Source: Acutalibacteraceae bacterium
Lineage (GTDB): Bacteria > Bacillota > Clostridia > Oscillospirales > Acutalibacteraceae
Assembly: GCA_045611605.1 (NCBI GenBank)
Contig: JAZKXN010000092.1
Location: forward strand, 3,674-67,673
DNA length: 64,000 bases
Reading direction: 5' to 3'
In this document: positions 1 to 10,315 of the stretch, piece by piece
Numbering within the stretch: position 1 is the stretch's first letter
Layout of the letters: each line of letters begins with the position of its first letter
Translations under genes and position numbers: made by a program
The notes under the pieces: generated by a model
Database searches by the model: none
Told to the model about the DNA's origin: nothing
Seen by the model: the letters and a program-made list of their open reading frames with translations, nothing else

Positions 1-489
1 AGCGGCGATAGCAACGGCACTTGTATCCGAACCGCCACGGCCCAATGTTGTGATATCATCATATTTATTAAGACCTTGGAAGCCCGCAACAATAACGATA
101 TGTTTCTTTGCTATTTCAGCCTTAATTCTTTCGCTTTCAACCCTTTGAATACGGGCAATTGAATAATGGCTATCGGTCTGGAAGCCTGCTTGCCAACCGA
201 GAAGGGAAACGGCAGGATAGCCAAGCTTTTCAATTGCCATTGCCAAAAGTGAAATTGAAATCTGTTCGCCTGCGGATAAAAGCATATCCATTTCACGCTT
301 GGAAGGACCGTTAGGGTTGATTTCTTTAGCCTTATCTATTAAATCATCAGTAGTGTCGCCCTGGGCGGATACAACAACTACAACATCGTTGCCTTTTTTA
401 TAATCTTCGATAATAATGTTGGCAACATTGAAAACTTTTTCGGCATTAGCAACCGAAGAGCCGCCGAACTTTTTAACAATAAGTGACAT
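1..489 (-). CDS. lysC: Aspartate kinase, N-terminal part (gene continues beyond window start)
   Basis: Minus-strand translation from ATG at 489 reads MSLIVKKFGGSSVANAEKV...VVVVSAQGDTTDDLI...LLSAGEQISISLLAMA, typical of the aspartokinase N-terminus. SD GGAGG lies upstream. The frame is open to position 1. Confidence 0.85.
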   Translation of the reverse strand, partial: MSLIVKKFGGSSVANAEKVFNVANIIIEDYKKGNDVVVVVSAQGDTTDDLIDKAKEINPNGPSKREMDMLLSAGEQISISLLAMAIEKLGYPAVSLLGWQAGFQTDSHYSIARIQRVESERIKAEIAKKHIVIVAGFQGLNKYDDITTLGRGGSDTSAVAIAA

Positions 490-505
490 TTATAATACCT
501 CCGTA

Positions 506-1738
506 TTAAAGCATGGTGTGTAAAATTTTATATTCTTTAAGCGAAGCAAGACCTTCAAGCTTTGCCTTAACTTGTGAATGGGATAATTCTTTAGTTAAAA
601 TTGCAATTTCCTGACGGTATTCATTAAATACATAACTTTCAAAACAATTGCCAAAAGCAGAAATAAATTCAACTTTCAATGTTTCGTAATTATCGCCCTT
701 TAAGGTGATGTAATATTTGCCTATTTCATCAGTAAATATATCAACATAACCTTCATAACCGTCTTTCCAGTTAAGGTATTTTTTGGAATCAGTATGGCGG
801 ATTGCATCAATTATGTCAGCAACAACCGCGCTGGCAGTAGCTTCTTTACCGGCACCCTTACCATAAAAGGCAACTTCGCCAGTTTGGTCGCCATCAACCA
901 CAACGCAGTTAAATACGCCGTTAACACTTGCAAGAATATGTTCGCGGCTTACAAGGGTGGGGCGGACAGAAGCGATAATTGTTCCGTTTTCTTGCTTTTT
1001 AGCGTGACCGATAAGTTTGATAACCGCGCCAAAGCCGTCGGCATATTCTACATCATCGAGCGATATATTTGTAATACCTTCTGTTTTAACCTGATCGGGA
1101 TAAACATGCTTGCCAAAGCCAAGTGCAGCTAAAATGCATATTTTACGACAAGCATCGTGACCTTCAACATCGGCAGCGGGATTTCTTTCAGCGAAGCCTA
1201 AATCCTGTGCAAGCTTAAGTGCTGTGTCAAAATCCATATTATCCACTATCATTTTATTTAAAATGTAGTTTGTTGTTCCGTTTAAAATGCCCCAAATTTC
1301 ATTAATTTCATTTGCGGCAAGGCAGTTTGCGAGCGGTCTTAAAACAGGAATGCCACCGCCTACACTAGCTTCAAACAGAAAACTTACACCTTTTTGGTTG
1401 GCTAGCTTAATAAGCTCTGCGCCCTTTGCGGCAACAAGCTCTTTGTTGGAAGTAACAACACTTTTACCTGCTTCTAAACAAGCCTTTACAAAATCATAAG
1501 CGGGATTAATACCGCCCATAACTTCAGCAACAACCGAAACGCTGCTATCGTTTATAATGTCGTTAAAATCCTTTGTGAATTTATCACTGTAGTGCACATC
1601 AAAATCCCTTAAATCAAGAATGTGCTTAACATTAATTTCATTTTCAACACGATTTTCGATTCGTTCCTTGTGGTTAATTAAAATTTCAGCCACACCTGAA
1701 CCCACAACACCGTGTCCCATAATGGCAATGTTGATCAT
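506..1738 (-). CDS. hom: Homoserine dehydrogenase
   Basis: 410-aa ORF with an N-terminal GHGVVGSG Rossmann motif, a homoserine-DH core (GGGIPV) and a C-terminal ACT-like region. Its ATGA start overlaps the stop of the upstream gene. Confidence 0.9.
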   Translation of the reverse strand: MINIAIMGHGVVGSGVAEILINHKERIENRVENEINVKHILDLRDFDVHYSDKFTKDFNDIINDSSVSVVAEVMGGINPAYDFVKACLEAGKSVVTSNKELVAAKGAELIKLANQKGVSFLFEASVGGGIPVLRPLANCLAANEINEIWGILNGTTNYILNKMIVDNMDFDTALKLAQDLGFAERNPAADVEGHDACRKICILAALGFGKHVYPDQVKTEGITNISLDDVEYADGFGAVIKLIGHAKKQENGTIIASVRPTLVSREHILASVNGVFNCVVVDGDQTGEVAFYGKGAGKEATASAVVADIIDAIRHTDSKKYLNWKDGYEGYVDIFTDEIGKYYITLKGDNYETLKVEFISAFGNCFESYVFNEYRQEIAILTKELSHSQVKAKLEGLASLKEYKILHTML

Positions 1739-2178
1739 TTTTGCCCTCCGTTCATACTTTTTATCGAAATCACACCGTCAATGTTTTTGAGCGACTGTAG
1801 CATTTCATCAACTGAAACCGAAACATCATCGGTTTTAACGGTAATTGAAACATCCGCCGCGCCATCAAGTGGAATGCCTTGATTAACGGTTAGAATATTT
1901 GCGCCATATTCGTAAAGTGCGGTTGTAAGGGAAGAAAGCATACCTGCCTTATCCGAAAGTCTGGCAAAAAGTGTGAGGGTTTTCTGGTCTGTGTCGGAAT
2001 ATTTAAAAACAAAGTCCTTATACTTATAAAAGGCGCTTCTAGAAATACCCGCCATTTTAGCGGCCTGACTTGCGTTTTGGGCGCGTCCGTCAGCAAGAAG
2101 TTCCTTTGCAAGAACAACATTTTCAAACACACTTGGCAGAACCCTTGAATCAACCAAAAAATAGTTTGAATTTTTCAT
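1735..2178 (-). CDS. ACT domain-containing protein (UPF0735/PheB-like)
   Basis: Start chosen at MKNSNYF, which has SD GGGGGA 6 nt upstream. The protein has an HTH-like N-terminus and a C-terminal ACT-like fold pattern. It is translationally coupled to hom. Confidence 0.7.
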   Translation of the reverse strand: MKNSNYFLVDSRVLPSVFENVVLAKELLADGRAQNASQAAKMAGISRSAFYKYKDFVFKYSDTDQKTLTLFARLSDKAGMLSSLTTALYEYGANILTVNQGIPLDGAADVSITVKTDDVSVSVDEMLQSLKNIDGVISIKSMNGGQK

Positions 2179-2273
2179 AAGTGTCCCCCATACAAAAACT
2201 ATTGTTTTCAATTATAGTACACTTTTCGCAAAAAATCAAGTGCCAAAATATATTTTTTACATATGTGTAAAAG

Positions 2274-3335
2274 TTGCATAAATATAATGAAAAAGGCGGA
2301 AAATTATTGGAACAGAAAACAAAAAAACAGTTTCTAATCAACTTTTTATATGTTACAGTTATCGGTACAATCACAATTGTTGTTTGCCGTTTTTTATTGT
2401 TTCGTATGTTTCCGTTTTTATTATCTTTGTTAGTTGCCGCAGTATCACAGAAACCGTCGCGATTTTTAAGTGAAAAAACAGGTGTTAAAAAGTCTGTTTT
2501 GGCAATGATATTGGCGGCAGGTATTTATCTTGGTGTTGGCTCTGTATTAGTTTTTTCGGCATATCGTTTAATAATTTCTTCAATAGGGTTTATTGAGTAT
2601 TTACCTAAATTTTTTAAAATTTTTGGTGAATGGGCAGGGCAAATAGAAGTCTGGCTCTCAAAATATATGACAGTTGATTATAATTTCTCTTTAAGCGGTA
2701 TTTTAGAAGATTTTCTAAAAAATCTCACTTCATATTTAACCGATTTAATAAAAATGGTTGTTACTTCCGCGCCTTCACTTATGCTTAGTAGTGTTGTGGC
2801 ACTAGTGGCAAGCTGTTATATAGCCAAGGATTTTGATGGTCTTTCAAGGTTTGTAAAAGGGCTTTGTAGCGATACTGTTTTTAATCGTTTTTTAAGGGTA
2901 AAATCAATCTTCACAACAAGCATTTTGAAAATTATAAAGGGCTATTTAATTTTAATGCTGTTAACTTTTTTTGAATTGTGGCTAGGGCTCACAGTTTTGA
3001 AAGTAAATAATGCTTATATATGGGCATTTGCAATAGCATTAATTGACTTTTTACCGGTGCTTGGCACGGGAATTATAATGGTTCCATGGGCTGTTTTTTG
3101 TGCCATTTCTGGTAATACAGCACTTGCTGTCGGTCTTGCGGTTCTCTATATAATAATTGTTATTATACGCAATTTTTTAGAGCCTAAAATTGTTTCGCAA
3201 CAAATAGGAATAAACCCTTTATTTACGCTGTTTTCAATGTATTTGGGTCTTAAGCTTTTTGGCGGCGCGGGGCTTGTTATTTTTCCACTAATTTTAATAG
3301 TAACGATTAAATATTATAAAGAAGATATGTTATAA
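2274..3335 (+). CDS. ytvI: AI-2E family transporter / sporulation integral membrane protein YtvI-like
   Basis: 353-aa polytopic membrane protein with AI-2E/PerM-like topology and conserved C-terminal segments. The start is uncertain: TTG at 2274, or TTG at 2307 after AAAGGCGGA. Confidence 0.7.
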   Translation: MHKYNEKGGKLLEQKTKKQFLINFLYVTVIGTITIVVCRFLLFRMFPFLLSLLVAAVSQKPSRFLSEKTGVKKSVLAMILAAGIYLGVGSVLVFSAYRLIISSIGFIEYLPKFFKIFGEWAGQIEVWLSKYMTVDYNFSLSGILEDFLKNLTSYLTDLIKMVVTSAPSLMLSSVVALVASCYIAKDFDGLSRFVKGLCSDTVFNRFLRVKSIFTTSILKIIKGYLILMLLTFFELWLGLTVLKVNNAYIWAFAIALIDFLPVLGTGIIMVPWAVFCAISGNTALAVGLAVLYIIIVIIRNFLEPKIVSQQIGINPLFTLFSMYLGLKLFGGAGLVIFPLILIVTIKYYKEDML

Positions 3336-3385
3336 CTTGTCATTTTTTCACTTTGTGCATATTATGTAACAGCGGAGTGAATCAA

Positions 3386-3604
3386 ATGAAAAGATATGTA
3401 ATAGCTACCGGAACAGTTACCTATGCTCTCAAGGGCAGGGATATATTGCGAAAAAACGGATTTTCGGTTAAAATTGAAAGAATTACCGGTGATAAAACCC
3501 TTGGGTGCGGATATGTACTTCTGGTGACAGGTGATATAGCCGAAGCCGAAAAAATTTTGAATTCAGGCGGTATTAAAATTCTTAAAATAACCGAAGAACA
3601 ATAA
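3386..3604 (+). CDS. DUF3343-like small protein (putative S/Se carrier-like)
   Basis: 72 aa starting at the ATG that follows SD GGAG. The sequence pattern (MKRYVIATGTVTYALKGRDILRKNGF...GCGYVLLV) resembles DUF3343. Confidence 0.6.
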   Translation: MKRYVIATGTVTYALKGRDILRKNGFSVKIERITGDKTLGCGYVLLVTGDIAEAEKILNSGGIKILKITEEQ

Positions 3605-3661
3605 TTATTATTTAAGGGCATTCCAAGTATTTGGGGTGCTCTTTTTCGAAAGGATATATTT

Positions 3662-4780
3662 ATGATTTATTTTGATAATGCCGCCACGAGCGGCCATAAG
3701 CCGCAGTCGGTAATAAATGCGGTTAATTTTTCACTAAAAAATTTGTCGGCAAATCCGGGAAGAAGCGGTCATACACTGTCAGTAAAAACCGCCGATATGG
3801 TGTATAACACACGCCAAAAATTGGCGGACTTTTTTGGCGCTGACGGTGCAGAACAGGTGGTATTTACCCAAAACTGCACACAAAGTCTTAATTTTGTTAT
3901 CAAGGGTGTTTTGAAAAAGGGCGACCATGTAATAGTTTCAAATCTTGAACACAACGCTGTAATGCGCCCACTTATAAAAACGGGTGTAAATTTTGATACG
4001 GTAACAGTTTTTGAAGACGATAATGATACGATTTCGGACTTCGAAAATAAAATTAAGTCTAATACAAAGCTTGTAATAATGACAGCGGCTTCTAATGTCA
4101 CAGGCCAAATATTGCCATTCGCTGAAATAGGTAATATTTGTCACAAAAGGGGCATATATTTTTGCTTAGACGGTGCACAAGGTGCGGGTGTTTTGCCAAT
4201 AAATATGCAGAGTATGCATATAGATTACCTTTGTATTGCACCGCATAAAGGGTTATACGCACCTATGGGAATAGGTGTTTTAATTTGCCGAAAACCCATA
4301 GAAAATACCATAATCGAAGGCGGAACAGGCAGTTCTTCACTTGATTACAGACAACCTGTAATATTGCCCGAAATGCTAGAAAGCGGTACAGTTAATGTAC
4401 CTGCAATAGCAGGTTTATCGGCTGGTATAGATTTTGTTAAGCAAATGGGAATTGAGAATATTTATAAAAAAGAAATACGGCTTTGCAAAATGTTCTATGA
4501 TGCACTTTTGAAAAACAAAAAAGTTGTGCTTTACACCAAAGAGCCGCAAATGCATAAATATGCAGCGGTTTTGCCGTTTAATTTGCGCGGTTTTACAAGT
4601 GATAGCGCGGCAGAGTTTTTAAATAAAAATTCAATTGCATTAAGGGCGGGACTTCACTGTGCGCCATCTGCCCACAAGACCCTATCTACAACCGAATTTG
4701 GAACACTTCGTGCAAGCTTTTCGGTGTTTAATAATGAAAGTGAAGTTTTGCGGGCAATAAGCACGATAAAAAATGTTTAA
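3662..4780 (+). CDS. Class V aminotransferase, cysteine desulfurase / selenocysteine lyase family
   Basis: 372 aa with a PLP-lysine context (APHK) and the C-terminal active-site motif LRAGLHCAPSAH, typical of group II desulfurases. Confidence 0.8.
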   Translation: MIYFDNAATSGHKPQSVINAVNFSLKNLSANPGRSGHTLSVKTADMVYNTRQKLADFFGADGAEQVVFTQNCTQSLNFVIKGVLKKGDHVIVSNLEHNAVMRPLIKTGVNFDTVTVFEDDNDTISDFENKIKSNTKLVIMTAASNVTGQILPFAEIGNICHKRGIYFCLDGAQGAGVLPINMQSMHIDYLCIAPHKGLYAPMGIGVLICRKPIENTIIEGGTGSSSLDYRQPVILPEMLESGTVNVPAIAGLSAGIDFVKQMGIENIYKKEIRLCKMFYDALLKNKKVVLYTKEPQMHKYAAVLPFNLRGFTSDSAAEFLNKNSIALRAGLHCAPSAHKTLSTTEFGTLRASFSVFNNESEVLRAISTIKNV

Positions 4781-4797
4781 AATTTCACAAATAACTA

Positions 4798-4826
4798 TTG
4801 AATGATATTAGAAACTGTGTTAAAAT
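4798..4826 (+). promoter_or_regulatory. Sigma-A type promoter upstream of cdaA
   Basis: TTGAAT, a 17-nt spacer, then TAAAAT with an extended TGn immediately upstream of the -10 element. Confidence 0.5.
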
Positions 4827-4875
4827 ATAGTAGTTAATTATATTTTATAATACGCTTGAGAAGGGATGTTAAAAA

Positions 4876-5754
4876 TTGGGCGAATTTTTTAATACGATTT
4901 ATGTTATTTGGAACCAAGTTGTATACGCTGTTGCAAACATACAAATTGCTGATATTATTGACATTGCGGTTATCGCTTATGTTATTTATCAGGGCATTGT
5001 ATTTTTGCGTGAGTCACGCGCAGGTCAACTTGTAAAGGGTCTTGTTATCCTTTTTGTGGTTTTTGTAATTGCAAAGTGGTGGAATCTTGTTACCATTCAG
5101 TGGGCTTTATCTAAAGCAATTGATTTTATCATTATTGCCGCTGCGGTTATTTTCCAACCTGAGCTTCGCCGAATTCTTGAAAGAGTGGGGCAGACTAAAC
5201 TTGCCGCTACACAAATTTTCGATGAACGCGAAAGTGTTCAGGCGGAAAGTATTGATAAGATTTGCAAAGCCGCAGGTTTTATGCAAGAAAAGAAAATTGG
5301 CGCTTTGATTGTTTTTGAACGCGAAACCCAACTTGGCGAAATTATAAATACAGGCACTATCACTGACGCTGCGGCTTCGGTTTCGGTGGTTAATAACATA
5401 TTCTTCCCAAAATCTCCCTTACATGACGGCGCAGTAATTGTCCGTAATGGCCGTATTTATGCCGCCGGTTGTATTTTGCCTTTAAGTCAAGTTGACCTTT
5501 CAAGTTCGTCAATGGGTACACGCCACCGCGCCGCTATCGGTATGAGTGAAAACTCTGACGCGGTTGTTTTGGTCGTTTCGGAAGAAACCGGTATGATTTC
5601 AATCGCCGAAGGTGGTAAAATTACACGCAACTATAATGCGGTTACTGCGGCTGCTGAGCTTCGCCGTTTGTTAATTGACACCGAACAAAGGGAAAAAACA
5701 TCGCCTGTTGTCAAGGCACTTAAAACTATTAACCCGTTTAAGAAGAATCAATGA
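4876..5754 (+). CDS. cdaA: Diadenylate cyclase CdaA (c-di-AMP synthase)
   Basis: N-terminal TM helices plus a DAC domain (DGA...RHRAAIG...VVVVSEETG-type motifs). It is followed by cdaR. TTG start. Confidence 0.9.
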   Translation: MGEFFNTIYVIWNQVVYAVANIQIADIIDIAVIAYVIYQGIVFLRESRAGQLVKGLVILFVVFVIAKWWNLVTIQWALSKAIDFIIIAAAVIFQPELRRILERVGQTKLAATQIFDERESVQAESIDKICKAAGFMQEKKIGALIVFERETQLGEIINTGTITDAAASVSVVNNIFFPKSPLHDGAVIVRNGRIYAAGCILPLSQVDLSSSSMGTRHRAAIGMSENSDAVVLVVSEETGMISIAEGGKITRNYNAVTAAAELRRLLIDTEQREKTSPVVKALKTINPFKKNQ

Positions 5755-7043
5755 AAGGAAGGGTAGAAATGTCAGACAAACTTAAAAATTTAAATCCCTT
5801 CGCATTGAAGAAACTGCTTTATAACAAAAAGTTTATCATTCCGCTTTCAATCTTCTTGGCGTTTGTATTGTGGCTTGTTATTATTACACAGGAAAACCCA
5901 ATTCGTGAACGCAGTTTTACCAACCTTAACTTAAGTGTTAATCTTGAAAACACATTTGCAAGTGAAAACAGTATGAATATCGTCGGTGACCTTTCTTCCC
6001 AAAAGGTCAGCGTAGTAGTAAGGGGCCCAAGCTATGTTGTGTCTTCACTTCGCCCTGAAGACATTACGGTTTATGTTTCTGCTGCAAGCGTTGATGAACC
6101 CGGTGTTTATACACTTGATATAACGGCCAGCCGTTCTTCCACAAATTATGAAGTGCTTTCGGTTTCTCCGTCTACCGTTAAGGTTGAATTCGACTATTTC
6201 GACACTAAAGAATTTACCGTTAAAGCTGATGCTAAAGGTGCAACCGCTGTCGAAGGTCTTATTGCCGAAGCAGGTATTGTAAGCGGTATCGAAGGTGATG
6301 TTTTAAAGGTTACCGGCCCCAGAAGCAAGGTTAATAAAATTGCTTCGGTTGTGGCTGTTTGTGATGTAAACCGTGTATTGTCGGAAACCGAAACCTTTGA
6401 TGCGGATATTAACCTTTTAGATGAAGAAGGCAAGAAAATTTCACTTCAGAATATCACTTTGAATGCTGAAAATGTTAAGGTTAAAGTGCCGATTTCTAAA
6501 AAGAAAACGGTATCGGTTGTGGCTGACTTTACAAATCTGCCCGAAGGTTTTGATAAATACAGCATAAAATATACCATTGACCACGCGAAGGTTGATATTA
6601 TCGGCAACCCCGAAACAGTGGATAAAATTTCTAAAATAACCCTTTCGGCTATTGATGTTTCTCAAATCTCTTTAAGCAATAAAGAATTTGATGTCACTCC
6701 CAAGTTGCCCGATGGAGTACGCCTTGTGGATAATTTTGAAACCTTTAAGGTATCGATTAACACAACAGGTTATATTGAAAAAACTGTAGCAGTAACAAAT
6801 GTTAAGGCGATTAACCTTAAATCAGGTCTTAAGAGTACACAAAGCCAAATTAAATTTGTGAAAATCTGTGGCCCAAGGGCGGTAGTAAATAAAATAACTG
6901 CCGATATGATTACTGCTCAGGTTGATCTTACGGATAAAGGCGAAGGTCAACATTCGCTCAATGTGGCTATAAGTTTCAAAACTTATAAAAATGTTTGGGC
7001 TGTGGGAAGCTATAATACCACAGTTACAATTTCTAAAAAGTGA
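5751..7043 (+). CDS. cdaR: CdaA regulatory protein CdaR (YbbR-domain protein)
   Basis: 430 aa with an N-terminal TM helix followed by repeated YbbR-like beta-rich domains. Its ATGA start overlaps the cdaA stop. An alternative start at 5769 follows AGGAAGGG. Confidence 0.8.
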   Translation: MKGRVEMSDKLKNLNPFALKKLLYNKKFIIPLSIFLAFVLWLVIITQENPIRERSFTNLNLSVNLENTFASENSMNIVGDLSSQKVSVVVRGPSYVVSSLRPEDITVYVSAASVDEPGVYTLDITASRSSTNYEVLSVSPSTVKVEFDYFDTKEFTVKADAKGATAVEGLIAEAGIVSGIEGDVLKVTGPRSKVNKIASVVAVCDVNRVLSETETFDADINLLDEEGKKISLQNITLNAENVKVKVPISKKKTVSVVADFTNLPEGFDKYSIKYTIDHAKVDIIGNPETVDKISKITLSAIDVSQISLSNKEFDVTPKLPDGVRLVDNFETFKVSINTTGYIEKTVAVTNVKAINLKSGLKSTQSQIKFVKICGPRAVVNKITADMITAQVDLTDKGEGQHSLNVAISFKTYKNVWAVGSYNTTVTISKK

Positions 7044-7098
7044 TTTTTAACAATGTAATTCCTTCTCGCATAATTTAGTGTGGGGGGAGTTACTGTTT

Positions 7099-7407
7099 AT
7101 GAAGGTTTTATTTTTTGTTGTTATTTTGGTTTTTTCTGTTTTGGGGTTATGTGAATTTCTACATTTTCTGAAATGCATTTTAATTTTTCCGAATCGTCGA
7201 ATGTGTTCAACTTTGGTTGTTATGCTTCGTGAAGAAACCGCTATAAGTCAAGTAACATTCGCAGGCGAACAATACAAATGGCTTGGAAACAAACTTGCTG
7301 ATCGTGTGCTTGTTGTTGCCGAAAATTTAAACAGTGACACCTTGTCTGAATGTGAAAATCTATCCGCCAAATATGATTTAAAATTCGTTGTGAAAGGAAA
7401 GATATGA
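7099..7407 (+). CDS. Hypothetical small membrane-anchored protein
   Basis: ATG preceded by GGGGGGAG. One N-terminal hydrophobic helix and no motif I recognise. Its TGA stop abuts the recD2 TTG start. Confidence 0.5.
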   Translation: MKVLFFVVILVFSVLGLCEFLHFLKCILIFPNRRMCSTLVVMLREETAISQVTFAGEQYKWLGNKLADRVLVVAENLNSDTLSECENLSAKYDLKFVVKGKI

Positions 7408-9612
7408 TTGGAAACAATTTCGGGCATTATTAAAAAAATCACTTTTCATAACGAATCAAATGCGTATACGGTGGCGCTTTTACAAACCAAGACCGAAGAA
7501 ATTACAATTGTTGGCACATTGCCTTTTATAACCGAAGGCGATTCGGTTGATTTGGAAGGTGATTATACTGTTCACGCAACCTACGGTGAGCAGTTTAAGG
7601 TTTCTTCCTTTACACAGCGCACACCCGAAAATTCGGCGGCTATTTTAAGATATTTATCATCAGGCGCAATAAAAGGTGTCGGCCCTACAACTGCAACACG
7701 CCTTGTTGAAAAGTTTGGGGAAGACACCCTTGATATTATTCAAAATCACCCTAGCGATATGGCAACACTTAAGGGGATTTCTTTGCAAAAGGCAATGCAG
7801 ATTCACGAAGAATACCAAAAACAGTTTGGTGTACGCGACATAATGATGATGCTTTCAAAGTATAATATCACGCCTGACAGATGTGTTGGCATTTACCGCA
7901 AATTTGGGGCTAATGCTATTGAAATAATTAAATCTAACCCATACACCCTTTGCGAAGAAGGAATAGATTTTCCTTTTGAGCTTTGCGAAGACATAGCCAA
8001 CGATTATCAGTTTGATATGGCTAGTGAATTGCGCGTATCTGCAGGGGTTGAGTATGTTTTAAAGAAGAATTTGTATAACGGTCATACTTGTCTTCCGCGT
8101 AATAAGTTTGTCGATGTTGCTTGTCGGCTTTTGGGAGCTAAGGAATCGGTTGTGGAAATTTGCTGTGACCGACTTATTGATTGCTTCCGCCTTTGTAGTG
8201 AAGAAATTGACGGGGTAGAGTTTTTATCAATTCCCGAATACCACAATGCGGAAGAGCATATTGCCGCAAGGCTTTGCTCGGTTAAGCGTTTTATAAATGC
8301 TTCTGTAACTGTGGACGAGCTTGAAATAGAGAATGTTGAAAACCGCCTTGGCATCCAGTTTGAAGATTTACAACGCCGTGCAATTTTTGAAGCATTTGAA
8401 AGTGGTATTCTTGTATTAACGGGCGGTCCAGGCACGGGTAAAACAACCACACTTAATGCAATTATTAAACTTTTTGAAAACCGCAATTTGAAAATTGAAC
8501 TTGCCGCCCCCACAGGTCGTGCTGCAAAACGAATGACCGAGCTAACGGGTAGGGAAGCGCGGACAATTCACCGTATGCTAGAAGTTGAATGGGGCGAAAA
8601 CGATAAACCTTATTTTAACCGTAATGAAAAGAATCCCCTTGAATGTGATGTTATTATCATTGATGAAGCATCAATGATTGATGCGCTTTTGTTTGATAAT
8701 CTGCTTAAGGCGTTAAGACTTTCTTGCCGAATTATTTTGGTTGGTGACTCTGATCAGTTACCAAGCATAGGTGCAGGGAATGTTTTGGGTGATATTTTGG
8801 CGGCGGATATTTTCCCGTCAATAAGGCTCAAAAAGGTTTTCCGCCAAGCAGCGCAAAGTGCAATTGTAAATAACGCACACGCAATTATAAATGGCGAAAA
8901 GGCACAGTTTAACACACAGGGTAGTGACTGCTTTTTTATGAAGCGTTCGGACAAGTATCAGACACTTGAAACTTTGGTTTCACTTGTATGTGAAAGGCTG
9001 CCGCAGGCTTACGGGGTTGACCCTTTGACCGATATTCAAATTTTGTGTCCGTCGCGAATGATGGATACAGGTACGCTTAACATCAATAATGTTTTGCAAG
9101 CCAATCTTAATCCCTTTACCAAGAATAAGCGCCAACTATCATATAAGGGTGTTTATTTCCGCGAAGGCGATAAGGTTATGCAGATAAAAAATAACTATGA
9201 CATTACCTTTACAAAAGATAATGGCGAAACAGGTAGCGGTGTTTTCAACGGTGATGTTGGGTATATTACTGATATTGATATACGCGGTGGCATCTTAAAG
9301 GTGCGTTACGATGATAAGGTGGTTACATATTTCTCGGAAGATTTATCCGAGCTTGAACTTGCTTATGCGATAACCGTACACAAAAGTCAGGGTAGTGAAT
9401 ATGATTATGTAATTATTCCGCTTTGTGATGTTCCGTCGCGTCTTGTATACCGCAATCTTTTATATACTGCAGTAACCCGTGCAAAAAAGATGCTTATACT
9501 TATAGGCGATGAAAATGTGTGGGACGGTATGGTCGAAAATGACCGAAAAACCTTAAGATATACTGCGCTTCAAAAATTCTTAAAGGAAAATGCTTATAAT
9601 GGCAGTTTTTAA
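7408..9612 (+). CDS. recD2: ATP-dependent RecD2-like DNA helicase
   Basis: 734 aa with a Walker A motif (GGPGTGKTT), IIIDEASM (motif II), HhH-type N-terminal region and a C-terminal SH3-like/AAA_30 pattern (ITVHKSQGSE). TTG start after AAAGGAAAG. Confidence 0.9.
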   Translation: METISGIIKKITFHNESNAYTVALLQTKTEEITIVGTLPFITEGDSVDLEGDYTVHATYGEQFKVSSFTQRTPENSAAILRYLSSGAIKGVGPTTATRLVEKFGEDTLDIIQNHPSDMATLKGISLQKAMQIHEEYQKQFGVRDIMMMLSKYNITPDRCVGIYRKFGANAIEIIKSNPYTLCEEGIDFPFELCEDIANDYQFDMASELRVSAGVEYVLKKNLYNGHTCLPRNKFVDVACRLLGAKESVVEICCDRLIDCFRLCSEEIDGVEFLSIPEYHNAEEHIAARLCSVKRFINASVTVDELEIENVENRLGIQFEDLQRRAIFEAFESGILVLTGGPGTGKTTTLNAIIKLFENRNLKIELAAPTGRAAKRMTELTGREARTIHRMLEVEWGENDKPYFNRNEKNPLECDVIIIDEASMIDALLFDNLLKALRLSCRIILVGDSDQLPSIGAGNVLGDILAADIFPSIRLKKVFRQAAQSAIVNNAHAIINGEKAQFNTQGSDCFFMKRSDKYQTLETLVSLVCERLPQAYGVDPLTDIQILCPSRMMDTGTLNINNVLQANLNPFTKNKRQLSYKGVYFREGDKVMQIKNNYDITFTKDNGETGSGVFNGDVGYITDIDIRGGILKVRYDDKVVTYFSEDLSELELAYAITVHKSQGSEYDYVIIPLCDVPSRLVYRNLLYTAVTRAKKMLILIGDENVWDGMVENDRKTLRYTALQKFLKENAYNGSF

Positions 9613-10315
9613 AACAATAGTTTCGGCTTTGTTCCCAAATGTTTGCGTGGGTTGCGGCGCAATTATACCCGAAGGCGAGCATTTGTGTGAATATTGTACT
9701 GAAATGGCTGGGAAGGTTGATTTTACAAAAGCTTGTCGCCGTTGTGGTATGCCGAAAAAAGAATGTATGTGTTCTAAACGCGTTTTTCATTTCAGCGGTT
9801 GTGCTGCGCCGTTTTATAATGACGGCGTTATGCAAAATGCAATGTATTCACTAAAATTCGCGCGAAAGGAATATATTGCAAAATTCTTTGCAGAACGAAT
9901 GGCAATAACGGTTAAGTCGGCTTATAGCGATATTGATTTTGATGTTGTTATCTTTGTTCCAATGTCATTATCTAAAAAGTTAAAGCGTGGGTTTAATCAG
10001 TCTGAACTTTTGGCAAAGCGACTTTCCAGAATATTAAAACTTCCGCTTTGTTATGATTTGTTAATGGTCGGCAAGAAATCGGCTGTACAGCACAAATTAA
10101 CTTTTGATGAACGCTTTGAAAATGTTAAGGGTAAATTTGTTGCAAATAAAAAATATAACCTTAATGGCAAAACCGTTTTACTTGTTGATGATATTAAAAC
10201 TACAGGCGCCACACTAGATGAATGTGCAAAACAGCTTATGCTTTTGGGCGCCGACGAAGTTTATTGTATAACGGGTCTTATGACCGCAAAAACCAAGAAG
10301 AAGGAAGGAAAATAA
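9590..10315 (+). CDS. comFC: ComF family protein (ComFC-type phosphoribosyltransferase)
   Basis: N-terminal CxxC...CxxC zinc-finger-like motifs and a C-terminal PRT motif (VLLVDDIKTTGATL). An alternative start lies at 9599. Confidence 0.8.
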   Translation: MLIMAVFKTIVSALFPNVCVGCGAIIPEGEHLCEYCTEMAGKVDFTKACRRCGMPKKECMCSKRVFHFSGCAAPFYNDGVMQNAMYSLKFARKEYIAKFFAERMAITVKSAYSDIDFDVVIFVPMSLSKKLKRGFNQSELLAKRLSRILKLPLCYDLLMVGKKSAVQHKLTFDERFENVKGKFVANKKYNLNGKTVLLVDDIKTTGATLDECAKQLMLLGADEVYCITGLMTAKTKKKEGK

